Of a stretch of DNA of 64,000 nucleotides, positions 40,791 through 54,400 are shown piece after piece. The stretch is taken from NCBI GenBank assembly GCA_973895155.1, contig OZ316895.1, positions 1,845,559-1,909,558 of the forward strand, written 5' to 3'. This stretch comes from Marsupella aquatica (Eukaryota; Plantae; Marchantiophyta). The stretch's first letter is position 1, and the number at the start of each line of letters is the position of its first letter. A program made the position numbers and the translations under genes. The notes under the pieces are model-generated. The model did not search any database and was not told the origin of the DNA. It saw only the letters and a list, made by a program, of their open reading frames with translations.

Positions 40791-43700
40791 CACCAAATAA
40801 CTAACGGGTCAAAAAGGTAGACAGAGTCCAAAAAGCAAAAGACCCAGGCAATAAAAAGGGGGAATTAAGGGAAAGCCCGGGGAGGCAAAGAGCCCATAAG
40901 CAAAAGACGCAATAAAGGGGGACAGGTGTAACCCCAACAATACCACAAAGGCAAAAAGGCAAAAAGGTCCACGAGTCCCAACAGAGGCAAAAAGAGAGAA
41001 AACTCTACTCTGCAGCAAACTGAAAAGCCCAATGAAGATGTAAATGGATAGGAGGGTCATGAAGAAAAATTTGTCAGAGGTAGCGAAGTTACTTATTATC
41101 ATTGAGCTGGTACTCACTGACAGAGCAACGAGATATAATTCCAGTGCCAAATGCAAGAGTTGAATTCACGCACCTACCTCCAGGACAGTCAAGACTGGAG
41201 TTGGTGTCTGTCTGAGTCCTCGATCTTCCCATCAGCTCGCCCATTGTAAAAGTGGACGCAAAATAAATGCTCGAGGTGGATGTTTTTGACTCCTACCACA
41301 TGCAAGTCATTACGCGTTATACTGTCTATGCAAGAGTGGTAACTAAGTGCAAATGAACATCACGTACCGGAGTGTAGGCTGAAAGTTCGCAGCGATACAT
41401 TCGCAAGATTAAATCTGAGTGGGAGCTGTTTGTGATGCTTGATCCAGTAACGACTTTCAAGGCAACAATTAATCTGAGCGGAGTGGATGGACACATAGTT
41501 ACTGTAGTAGTTTGGTACGTACTCGCTGCTGAGTTCTCGCTCCGATTTTCCTGATCTTGTTGTAGTCTGTACTAGAGTGTCGTCGATGGTCAATAATCGA
41601 GACGTAAAAATCGTGTGCGGTGTTCTGCACAGACTGGATCGAGTCAAGGTGAAGTGATCGTTTGTCATCCACCAAAACACCTTATCTTAACCAAAACAAG
41701 ACCACCGATCAAGTAAAAAATTTGGGTGGGGGAAAAAAGCTAAGTAGGCTTCAGTCTTCATGAACCGCAGAAGTGCATGAGGGGGAAGCCAGCGAACAAG
41801 TTTCGTTTTGCAGAGGGAATAGTGATGTTTGATGCGCATCATTGTCCGTGCTTCATCAGCCAACTGAAGCGCAGATCTGCAATGCGGAAGCGCTGGAGGC
41901 ATGCTAGAGGCAGTAGAGGGTAGTGTCCGTAGCATGATGGACAGGTGTGTGGAATGATTTTCGATGCTCATGGTTGTTGTGTGTACGGCCGACAAATGAA
42001 TGAATCCCTCTTACAAATTATTATTATAAATGTTGACATTAATTCCCCTCCCTGTCAATCCCCTGTATTGCTTCATGCATTCTGTACATTCAAGCCAGCA
42101 CCCAGACTCCAGAGACAGTGCCCCAGCTGCACCCATTACAGTATTAGACATAGTCCCAGCTTGTACCGAACACTGTGTGGATGTACCATACCCTGACATA
42201 TTAATCTGCATCCGTAATGGCGTCACTGAGAACGGTGATCAGAAAGTTCTGCTGTGAAGATGAGTGGATCTCATACTTCAAGGTGACAAAAGCGTTATCC
42301 CAGGGGCTTCTTTTAGTCCCATTAATTCACTCTTATCTGGAAGAGCTCCGTCAAACCTTGACCACCACAGGGTATCAGTTTTGCGGGTGCTTTAGTAGAA
42401 TCGACCATCTCCTGTAGATTGCAGGTCAAACTGGAAATTCAGATGGTGGACTTTGAGAGCTTGTTTAAGTATTTTCATATTATGTGCCTGAATTCTAATC
42501 CAGATCTGCTGGAAATGACGAAGAAGAAATGATGAGTCGATGAAACGACGTCTCCAGTTTTTCAACGCGATGTGTTGTTGAGGTAGAACGAGGTTGAGAG
42601 TATAGACTAAGGACAAGGAAGTATTGATTCTGCACACGGCATTGTCAATTTCCGTGTCATAGTTCGGTGTCAACCATGATTATGGGACACTATTTTTTCA
42701 AGATATTCACACCCGAAAAAAATTGCAACTCGTGCTAATCGTATTCGACGAAGAAAATTCGTGACCAGGTTGAAGCCACCCGACAGAACTCGCCATATCG
42801 AACCGTCCGTCACAAGCACTCTGCTGGGTTGGTTCAGGTAGACGTGCCTCACGTATTCATAAAAGCGGCATGAGACAGGTGAACAAACATTACCAAACAC
42901 TGCTTGTTCATCCAATGGCTGTGCTGCAAGTAGTTTACATGGTCCATCGAGCTGATTGAGCACAGTAGACACTCGATCGATCCGACAGTATAATGTCTCC
43001 ACTGATTGCGTGAACGCATGAACCTCTGGACGTAGAACGCAATCCGGACCACTTTTTTGCGTAATCGTCGGACGTAGCCTGATAGTTTGATGAGATCTTA
43101 AAATCTTCGTACGATTCTGGCATGGCGCGGTCCTTTTCTCTTGCTCAGAGACAAAGTGCATCAGTGCGTAATTAAAGAACTATCTACCGTTCATGAATGA
43201 TTTGTCGACCCGAGCTAGCAGTTTTACCAGGCTCTCCTTCAAGCGCAGCAATCCAAGCTCATTCTCATTCCATTATGAATCTAATCCTGTGGGGGTAATT
43301 TGCGGCAAAAAGGCGAAGAACTTGTTCGATGAGAGTAGGACTGGTGTATAAACAATAGGCTTTACACAACTTATGTCGACTTGCAATACAGAACCACAAC
43401 GAATAACGACGGCAGTACCGCAATAAAGGAACAGAAAATAGCGTGTTGCACATGTGGCATGGGGGGATCCTGGTTTTATTTCTCTGCATAAAACGTTATA
43501 CAATGTCAGATGCTTTGCACAGTGGAGTGAGCATTTGCTGTCCGCTGCTGGCTGCCGACAAGTTCATAATGGGACGGCATTTCAAACTATGGTTTTTATC
43601 CAGATACGGCGCAATGGTGTAGCCTGAAGTTCTCAACTGCACAGTCTGCGAGTCAGGTACCCGCTGTGCCTAAAACATGATAATCCTGGTAGTGTACATT

Positions 43701-43929
43701 TTCCCTGCTGTGTCTACGATTAGCTGGGCAACGACGAATGCCTCATTTAATGTCGTATTAAGCAATTTGTCTCCTAAAGTTCAACAATTCTATAGCATTT
43801 GGTAGTGTAAGCACTAGTAACTATCCTCAGATTGACAAAGGAAGGTCCCAAAATCGTGCATCTTTCGATCAGTTTCTGATGCGCGCGCCATCAACGAGCA
43901 AGGTAGACTTTATCCTTTGCTCGTCTCAT

Positions 43930-45812
43930 TCAGGATGCAGCCCGCACCTTTAATGGAGCCTTCTTCTTTGGAGCAACGGAGCCATCGCTTCCAGCCAAAA
44001 CCAAGTATTTGTCCTTCCGAGTGAGATTAGTGCACTCGAAGCTGAGCACTCCAGCAAGCACTCGCTGGATGTAGTTAGCTACCTCGTAACTCGTCTTTCC
44101 ACCAGAGCAGGTGAGCTCCAACGGCAGCTTGTTGAGGAAATTCACCTCATAGACAGGGCTGGGATTCATCATGAAGAAGAAGGGGTCCATGCCTTTCCAT
44201 CCCGTTGCAGTGGTACCATGAAACATGCTCATCCGGTTGTAGTTGGCAACTGGAACAATCTGATCCGTAAGCTCGGCGAAGAGAGAACTGAATCTTAGCA
44301 AGAAGGGTTCCCGGCATGTGGTTCCCTCGGGGCAGATTGCGAGGTCGCCCTCCTCCAGCAGCTTTCCGATGTTGGCGGCATCCTGCGCTCTCTGTCGTGA
44401 TAGAGCCACGGTCTTGATCGGTGATATGAACTCGGACACTCGAGAGAGAGAATACGTTACTGCGCTCACTCGTCGCCTGAGTGCAACTGAAAGAAAGATC
44501 GGGTCCAGCAAAGTCCTGTGCGAGCACACGAAAAGAACACCCAGTTTGCCATCCTTGACAGGTGCTGGAGGTGTGCCTTTCACAACCACCCTCACGCCTA
44601 GAAGCCGGAAGGCGTGGATAACAATAGACATGGGCAAAAGACAGCCCGCGCCAATGCGTAGAACGGCAAGGATGAACCCAATCGGCATCCACAACAGCAC
44701 GACCAAAGCATTGAAGGGAGTTGGGCGGCAGACAAGACGACCGTCATGGAAAATCACCGGCTTTGGCAACTCGTCCTTTGCTATATCAGCCACTTTCTTC
44801 GTCGGCACTAGATAACCTTCCTGGGAAATCAAATCAATAACCACGATCCCGTCAGCCTTTAGGAGAGTATTTACCCACTTACACCGTAGTTGAATGCCAT
44901 TTAAATCAAGATTCGAACGAGATCGAACCCAACACTTTCAGCTAGGCTCACAAAAAGGCCACCGAATTCAAACTAAAAACTGCCTTCAGCTAACAAACAC
45001 ACCATGCACTGCCAAGAACTCCCCTATGTTTGAACTCCAAGCGAAAAAGTTATAATTCTGGATTATGACGAGGACTTATCGAGCTCTTAGTGGGAAACGA
45101 GGGGTGTCCAGCAGGAGCTTGGATTAAGGTCTGTCTATTTACGACATTACAGAGCTATGTAGAGGAGACTTCTTACCTTACAGAGAGCCATGAATGGGAA
45201 ATCAGTTTCACGGTCACCCATGCCGACGTCAGGCACATTCTTCCCAAATTTCTCGATCATGGCATTTACTTTGTTGGTACCAACGAGAATGCCCGGGGCT
45301 TTGACAAAGCCGGTGCAGTAGCCACCCTTCGTTACTTGCATTTCAGAGCCCAGGATTTCATCTGCTCCAAGGTAATCCTTTCCAAATACCTCCACCATTA
45401 CGCGAGGATTGGCGGTTAAGATGTATCTCTTCCCGAACGAAGAGAATACCCGCCATGATACCTGGTGCATGTCCTCCGCGTAGAACTTGGGCAGCACGGC
45501 TCGGCAAACAGTCTCGATCCTCTTCATCTTCAACCCAGCGAAGGTGAGGAATATAATAAACTTAATCCCCGCTGACTCCGAGATGAAGTGGTACAGCACC
45601 CAAGCAATTGGAGAGAGAAGTAGGAAAATAACCGAGCGCAGCCAACCACCTGCCTCGAACGCAATTAGCATGAAGTAAGGGAACGAATTTCTCGCTCTCA
45701 CCAATGTTCCATCCAGATCCGAAATCACTGTTTGATCCTCCCTCTTCTCGAAGCTGCATTCTGAAATCTCGCGGAACGGCGCAGCACCGGTTTCACGAGA
45801 ATTCTTCCCCAT
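43930..45812 (-). CDS. GPAT: Glycerol-3-phosphate sn-2 acyltransferase/phosphatase (GPAT4/6/8/RAM2 type), about 508 aa, 2 exons
   Basis: Exons 45812-45177 and 44820-43930 with the intron at MALCK|EGY. HAD motifs SDLDGTL and GDRETD are intact. PlsC motifs [22 protein letters not shown] and DPFFFMMNP are present. Confidence 0.96.
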
Positions 45813-46330
45813 AATGTATCGTTCTGACTCTAATTTTCTCTCTCGCGCGCGCTCTCTCCCTCTCCCCTTCTCTCGGACAGGAACGCGCTCGGATAGAACC
45901 TCACAATCTGCTCGACTATTGCCTCCGTATGACTCGCATACTCGTGAGTGAGCGAGTCTCGATGCAACAATGCCGAACGTCCGGCAAAACGCCTTCGTTC
46001 CTAACGAATTGTTACTGGCACTGATTGAGTGCACCAGCTGCTGCTGCGGACCCAGCGAATTTGAATGCCCCTTAAATCAGTGCAACGGCTTCACAAACGA
46101 ACACCTAATCTCTCCTCTCTGTGAACAAGTAAGGTCCCGAGAGAGTTGACAACTTTCTCGGCCCAAAGTCACCCTGCCCCTTCCCTCTCGTTTCGCAATT
46201 CCTCTCCTATTACGACGTGTGACTGTATCGTTTTCAACTGCGCTGCTGACCGAGCAGACAACACACTCTGTCTCTGTCTCTCTCTCTCTGTCTTCACTTA
46301 CACCCTCGATTGCCAATGCCTGTCCTGACC

Positions 46331-46336
<6 letters not shown>

Positions 46337-46370
<34 letters not shown>
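46337..46370. repeat. (GA)17 microsatellite upstream of GPAT
   Basis: Perfect GA run about 525 bp upstream of the GPAT ATG, with further CT/GA tracts nearby. Confidence 0.95.
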
Positions 46371-46371
<1 letters not shown>

Positions 46372-49099
46372 GGCGAGTGACGTGATTTTGGACCTCCTCA
46401 CTCCTTTTTCTTCGTCTCTACACAGATCCAGACGTTGTAGAATGACGTGCAACGCAAAAAACTACCAGAACGAGCCTCGTGGTACTGATGGATTGTGTTT
46501 CGATCGAGAGGAAATAATATAGATCGATCGTTCTGCAGTGCAAGGACCTCTCTCAGTGTGAGTGTGTCAAAGCTAGCCCACCAAGAACAGGCAGCTTGGT
46601 TGGAAAACTACGCAACATAACTGTGAGTACTTATACTTCTGCTCCGCGCACCGCCCCACCCTGTCCCGTCCCTCAGTCCCTGTGATCGTCTCGCGTTGGC
46701 CCTGATCGCTAGAGCTCTCCCGGGCGGGCCAAATGACGTCCCTTTCCTGACGGCTCATCCGGGGCCACAGCCCGGGCCCACGCCCTCGCGCCGGACCTGT
46801 CCCCGCCCGGTGACCACAATACCGAACACCAACAATACCGAACACCAACATTTCTCCCTCTCAGTAAGTGCCGCGTCGTCGACAAAAGGACCCTCCGTCC
46901 GGCCCGTCGAGGCCCGGAACTTGACCGGTAATTACCGGTCGCCCTGCGGCCCTGCCTTTTGAGAATACTGGGAGTAAATGAAACGCGACAAAGGGCCACC
47001 GGTCAACACGATGAGGTATTTGAGGTACGTAAGTTACGTAACGGGAGCGCGGGGATAATTAATGCCCCAACTACCGGCTGCTTCCGGTGGCCTGTGAGGC
47101 TGTGACCGCTTTCTGCCGTTTGTCAACGGCAGCACCGCCCCGGTGGACCAACTTTCCACCCACCCTTACGACTGTCCCCGGCGGCCCATAAATTCATCCC
47201 CTCCCCTCCCTCTTGCCAGATTGCCAGCCTGCGCACTCATCCAGCAAACCCGCGATGCGATGTCGGGCACCGATCATCCGGCGCGCACGGGAAAAGGACC
47301 GCAAACGAGAACCGCGAAGAAATCCCTATCGGCGCTTCTCTCGGGGTGTCGGTCCCTGCCCAGCCTCTTGAGTGAGCCCCGGTCATCAGCCCATCCGCGA
47401 AACGCTCTGTCCGTTCCGTTGCCTTTCAGAGGAGCGCGACGAGGAGGAGGAGGACGGTGGACCAGAAGAGTACGCGGTCCTGAGAGTACTTTCAACGCGT
47501 TGAAACGCAGACTCCCTCACTCTATCCCCAAACAGGTATACCTCTATTTTCACCTTTTCGAGTCGTCGTACTCAGGGATCGCTCGGATTTTCACCTTTTC
47601 GGGTGATTTTCAAGAGGTGTCGCTGAAATGTCACCTTTCCGAGTCGATCACTCGTTGTCTGGAGTTGGAATTTGCCCCATCGTCGCCACAATTAAACGAT
47701 GAATCACAAGCGTTGTCGCCTTCAGAATTCAGAATTGGTGTAAGATGCTTGATCGTGCTAGAAACTGATGCATTGAACACGAAATGTGAATGGCTGCGGG
47801 CATCCACGACACCAGGATCGAATTGATGGAGCCAATACTGTATGAGACAGTCATGCTAAACAACATTTGGAAACGAGCTTCTGGACGATAACCTTTCGTC
47901 GGAATTTATGCATCGTTACACGCATTACAATCAACCTCAGGCTACAATTCGTTCTTTAGATTTACGGCAAAATTCTGTTAATCTTGCCGTTAGGTTTGCC
48001 GGAAATAGAAAGAAGAAATGATCAAATTCACTCCACCGAAAAAAACCACGATCGTGTTCTAATTCCCTTGTGCATTCGCCTAATCATGGTATGACTGAAT
48101 CATTCGAGAGGGAAAGCTTACCAAAGTCGATGACTGTTGTTTGCAACCTGTCATCAACTGCTTGTCATTCATGATGACAGAACGGTTGAGGAGAGTAAAA
48201 CTGGTAGTCAGTGCCTCTCAGTGGTTAGCGAAGGACCCATTGGCAGGAAACCCAAACCAAAAAAAAAATTGCTAGTCATAGTCATGGCGGGTCATGCAAG
48301 GTTGTTTTCCACTCCCTTGGCTATGAAAACGTAAAGAAATTGAAATCAAAATGACTTGGACCCATGTTTGTGTTCTACCATATATTCTCTACAGTATAGA
48401 ATGTCAGGTACTGATTGTAAAATAGAGAATGCTATACAGATTCACGAGCAGTCAAAACTAGATTTTCTCAAAGGAGAATTAAGGTGTACTGCAACCCAAG
48501 AGGAATAAATAATTAAGTAACTTACACCTCCATGTTCTAGGATTTAGTTTGTGATGGTTCTTGTAGTTTACCAATGTCAATTTCTGGACAATCTTGTGAT
48601 GCACGTACTTTTTTTTAGTCCTATTCACATCAATAAATAACATAGTTGGTTCGCTTACGAGTGTAAGAACGGGTCTAGAAAATTTTCAATCAGTAGTGGA
48701 GATCCCTCTTAAGGATGAAAAGTATGTGATGGATCCAAACTCCTTTCAAAATACTTTGAAACGATTGACCAAGTTGGACCTAAATATGCACAGAAATCAG
48801 TCCTTTCTTTGAGACCATTGTCTTCCATTGTATTACACTAATTTTCTGGCTTTCACCCTTTGTGACAGCACGGAGTCATTAACGAATTATGGTATAGTCC
48901 TGCTATAAATAAATAAACATAGCAAGCCGCAGTGTACTATAGAGGGCAAACATGGACATGTTTATATTGGCTTCAAGAAGAAGCCACATACGGTTGAACC
49001 CTGTCTTTGGTTTGCCATGGTTATATAAATTGAAGTGACTTGGATATATCAAGGTTTATATTGGAATTGGCATAAATCCGGAAGGTATATTGCTAGAGT

Positions 49100-52000
49100 A
49101 CACAATTTTTCCTAGGCATGGTCAAAAGGCAGTCTTTGGCTTGTCATGGCCATGATTGAAAAGGACATACCATGGTTACATCAAGAGTAGACAGCATTCA
49201 TTATGTGTGTCACTGCTACGAGTGGACAAAATCCTGGCCCCTCTGTTTTGGATTTATATTTCTTGATATATGATATAAGTAGACAAATTTTACAGGTGAG
49301 TAACCCTGGGAAGTAAGAGCTTGGTGGATCAATTTTGACCATGTTTTGTTAAACTGGCATAGGGCCATCACTTCTTTGAAAATAAATATAGATGAGTACA
49401 TTCAAGCTCTGCATTATCTCAGAGACTCACCTTGCCTTCAATCCACATTTTCCACCCGATCCTAACCAAGCTACAATTGTTCCCCTAGAGTCATGGTCCT
49501 AGTGACTTTATTCTAGACCACAGGCTCTCAAGAGTAACTTTCTATCATGAATATGCAGTTATACCTACTCTAGATCGTCTAACTTATGTCACTCTTAAGA
49601 TTGAAGAATTTCAAGGTTACCACATCCCTCCAATGACTATTTTGTCTTATTACAAAGCGTGCAAACTTTACTTCCTTTGCACCAATCTCCTTTCTGTGCA
49701 TTCGTGCAATCTTCTAATCGTATTAATTATCGAGCAGCCCTGCAAGGTTGTCTCACTTCTAATATTCCCTTATCCCCTGTAGACAATCCACCTGCCCAGC
49801 GCAGAATCCTGAATTTTGGGGGGGTTAGTTTGAATTTTGTTTTATTCTACAAGGATGTGCTCTTCTTTCGTCACTCATTTCAATTGAGAAATAACCCTCC
49901 TTAATTTTTTAATTTTTCTTTAGTTATTCTGACCCCTCCAAGTGTTAGTGATTGATTTCTGTTTAGTGGTAGGGTACTGACATCCTCAAATATGAAACCC
50001 ATTAAATCACAATATCGCTTGGATGGACTTCAAACTTCGATCCCCATTCTCACGCAAGAATCTTCATACTTGGGCTAGACTTTGACTCTCTACTTGGTGA
50101 AATAATTGTTCACTATAGTTAAAAGATATTCTCCATTAACATTGTGCTAATAAGTGAGCTATCTTAAATCCTGTACAGTAAACATAAAATATTCTTCAAT
50201 CATAGCACTAACTATTACTGGCATAGTCCCATGACAAGCATTAACAGCCTGATGATTTGCCCTTTTTAATTCTTTGTTATTAGTCCTTATGATATGAAAC
50301 CATGACAGTGATTTAAGACTTTTTATTATCGTTTGAAGTCTAATTATTGGGACTTTAATCTCCCATTGAATAGAAACTTCATTATTTAAACAGTTGGGTA
50401 ACCTTCTTAGCCTCTTAGGGCTCTCTCTTTGTTTGCAATGTAACGAGTAAATTTGATGAGCTAGGTCCGTATTTCCCAACGTTTCCGTATTTCCCAACGT
50501 TTACTTGGTACAAACACGTTTACAAGAATTTTTGTCCAGTTAGTTTGATGACTTCACACGCAACGGCAGCATTAATGTATTTATCTGTACTGTCTTACTT
50601 TAATTCATTCCAAATAACATTAGAAGCCAGCTTGAATGTTTAAGGTGGGATTGATATTAGCAAACCAATCAGAGAAAAACACCAATCAGAAAAAAAGACA
50701 ATCGTACAGCAGAAGAAACCATGATGTGTGCCTTGTGATGATCTTTTATTTCCCCAATACAATCCTCAGTCTTAGATCTGACTTATCCTGCCAGGTATGG
50801 AGGTAGAAAACATATGTCGAAACCCCTACACAATCCTCACGATATACTCATGATCTGGGATTCTGGGGCATACCAAAAGCTCCAACGGTTCCCACCAGCT
50901 GGCCACCTCCAAAGGTAAAGAGGAGGTAGAAGCGAACTGACAACCATCGTTTTAGCAAGATAAGAAGAAGCTAGGTGTCATAGAACAAAGGAATGAGTCT
51001 TGAGTGGATTGTGATGGGAAGACAATGATCACCACTTAATTAGGACAAATGAGGTTTGTTTAGAAGAAAGCTAAGATGAGCATGAAGGAAACACTGTAAG
51101 CTGGTTTCCCTAATGGTGCAAGGTTCTTCTAGATGATTTGTAATGTCATCAAAGACTTCTGACATCTTGTCATCCAAATGACACAGATTGTTTAAACATA
51201 GATGAGTTCTAGGGAAGAGGCTAGGTGAATGAAGGTGTTGAGGAAGTCCAAAGCTCGTACTAAGTTGGAGCCAGACAAAGAGGGAATACAGGGTTTTGAG
51301 GCACTCACAAATTTAGTAAGTTGGTGAGTTTAGCATGGAGGGGTTGAATGTGGGGACAAACCAAAATTCCGCTTTGCACTGATTCTATAGCATTACAGTG
51401 GGGACATCTTGCTATGGCTGAGAGTTCACAACAAGGTAATACCATACCAGTTTCAAATGAAAAGCACCAACTGTACAAGCAATTATTGAGGAAGATGAGC
51501 AAAGTCCCTAAACGAACACCAAAAATTGTTCCAGATAGAGAGCCTTGGCCACCTCCAACCAAAAATCTGGCTCGACCACATGTTCGAGGAAACAAGGCAT
51601 CTGATCTTAGAACAAAGAGACCTCTGCAACCACCCCCTGCCGGTGCTCTAGATTTTTACGCCACCCATAGAGATATTTGTCATCGAGGGTTCCTTCAAAG
51701 GGCATTCCCTCCCAGTGTAGGTGCATTGCCAAGAAAACAAAGACAAAAAGTTATTGGTCCGACTGTTCTTTCTCCACTAAGCTTGAAAAGACCACAGGTG
51801 GGCCTACCAAGGGTACTCAGCGAAGGGATCAAGAAATTGGCAAGTAGTGAAGGGCCTTCCACAAGTCATCAAGTCACACACAAGCGAGCAGAATCTGGTC
51901 CTAATCAAACACCATCACTACCAAATCATTCATTGCTCTATGACATTTCTCACCACGTTGATAATAGAAGCCATTGTGAAATAGCCCATGAGGTAGAAAG

Positions 52001-54400
52001 CATGTCGTATAAAGATAGAATTGTGAAACAACTGTGGGACACTCTCACTCAGGTTCCCAGAAATAGACAAACCTATCCAGACTTTACCAACCGCTTAGTT
52101 ATATTCTCTACTGTAGTAGTGGTTGGAATTTTGAGGGTGAAAGCTTTCAGGGACTTTTGGAGGTCAGTTGTAAACACAAAAGCAATTTATTTCAGTTGAG
52201 AAGAGTAACTATATATAGCACGTACAGTTTGCCAACGCTATAATATGACCTTATACCACTCCTTTACTCAGACATACCATTGCATCCTCCTCATTATAGC
52301 TGGCCCGTTCATATACCTTATTACCTTATTCGGTATTGAAAGAATGTGTGAAAGTAAATGAAAGAAACAGTACAACACTTTTAAAGTGAAAGAGAGGCAC
52401 GGTACCTTCTGGTGGACATAAGGTACACTAACTTGAGTGTACCTTCCTAAATTTCTCGTATCTTGAGGGGCTCACTCCTTAGGTGACACTTGTTGATCTA
52501 AAACCTATAAGCTTCAGAAGGTTTTTAAACAATGGAGATATAAATTACATGGATTGATAGATCTACAGTTGTCTAGTTGAGTGGGGTCACCAGAATTACC
52601 TTAGTTATTCATAGAGCAAAATTTTAAAAGAATAAGGTCTCGCAAATAAAAAAATGAGTACAATGACTAACATACATACCTGATACAAAGTAAATAATTT
52701 ATAACAAAGTGGTTGAAAAGTTGGTACATTCAGAGAATAAAACATATACACATAGTCTAAACCAAATTTACATAGTACAAGATAGTAAGAAGAGCTAGTC
52801 CAGTATGGCTTGAAACAAATGACGGAAGCAATAGAAGAAATATCCAATGCTATATGAAAAATTCTAAAGTAGAAGTACATTTTTAGTTTACAAGGTCTTG
52901 TTATACCATTCAGGGGTAGCATTTAATTTTTATTTATGTGGAATTCTACAGGGAAAGCATACCTTCCCCAACATATTCCTTAACTGCCAAAGTGGAGTTG
53001 GTCCTAAAATAGGTGACATCCATTTCATTATCACCAGTAAAATTAACCAGTTTCCTTACAATGATTTGACAATAGTTCCCTACTTATGATATTAATCCGA
53101 TGCCATTACCTATTTGCACATTTTGAGTGCTTTGGCAAGTTGATCTTCCCTTGTGCAACCATCGGGTTCTTTTTCAAAAATTCCTCCCTCTTTTCTCAAT
53201 GCCGAGACTTGAGCATTGTAAATGTTTGTACCCATTTATATTAGTGATTTCCTCTCTTTGCAGGCAATGAATGTTGGCTATAATACTTTAAATTAAAACA
53301 AAATTATGTTTGCATGTTTTGCCAAAAATTGAAAAGTGACATTTGCAGCATCCAGGCTAACCTTCAAAACCAACCAAATTAAAAATGGGGAGAATTTAAA
53401 TCAAACCTTGACAGATTTTCTCAGTTGGGAAATAATGTCAGCTTTCTCCCCAATTCAAGAATAATTAAAACATAAATGACAAAAACTAGAAAATCCCACA
53501 AGACAGTGAGGAAAATCCATTTCCCACGCACCTCGCCATGCACACCATCCTATCCAACATTGTCCCAATTGTTTGAACTTGACAACTGGTCCGTGGCCAA
53601 GATGATTTCCTAGTTCAATCCTGGCCTCCTTTGTTGAAACTAAAGCTGGCATAGACGACACCATTTGATAAAATGCTCGGATGGACCAATGCAACCTGCA
53701 TAGACGACATTCATTGAGGTACCATTTTTAACTCAGGTAGCATTGTCTGGTACCTTTCTTTTGTCAAAATGCTCACCTTTTGGGTGTAAACTTCTTGGTC
53801 CATTGGAGTCCTGAGGTCAAACATCGAGGTCCATCTGACCATTAACTTCCCTCTTGTTAACTTTGTTTTCCTGATAGCACAGATATTCAAAATATAGATG
53901 AAGCATTCCAAGGAATGATTCTAAAAAGCAGTTGTCTTGCTATCATAGTCTCACAAATTGAAAGACATGCTTGGATGGACCAGGCCAATGAAGTAGGTGT
54001 CCCCGAGAGTCGTCCATGAAGTTAAAGTTCCGGGTCTCTAATCTCGTTTTGGATGTGGTACTTTCACTGGAAGGAAAGTTTCCATTATCTGTACATCAGT
54101 CCTTCCAGAAGCCATCATGGTAGAGGAATGGCTGAGCTGAAGCCAAAACTGAATGAAGCCTGATCAAGAAGTGCTCCTCACTGCTTAGGTAGATGAAGCT
54201 GAACAAGGTTGAGCTCAATGAAACTGAACAAAGCAGGATGAAGAAGTAAGTTGTGCATCTTGGGGATATCACTAATATGTGGAGACCCCCATCACCAGCG
54301 ATGACTTGAATGTACACCCTAAAACTTAAGGGAAAGGTGAATTGTTTCCTTGTCAACTTTTTTAAAGTCTTCCCTTATAACTTTTAACTATGATTAGTTG
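49100..54400. mobile_element. Probable heavily decayed TE remnants (possibly LINE 3' parts)
   Basis: CpG-depleted, gene-free DNA with broken readings such as LFHNGFYYQRGEKCHR (-, near 51960), weakly like the LINE C-terminal zinc-finger region. No RT motif seen. Confidence 0.25.

Noticed and set aside
45813-46034. 74-aa in-frame N-terminal extension of GPAT in the ORF track
   Set aside because: It starts at GTG and runs through GA-rich 5' UTR; homology to GPATs starts just after ATG 45812.
47143-47826. 227-aa plus-strand ORF
   Set aside because: GTG start, no domain, and the GC-rich sequence explains the lack of stops.
51348-52199. 283-aa plus-strand ORF
   Set aside because: No recognisable domain; it lies in CpG-depleted DNA and is probably antisense to a decayed TE reading.
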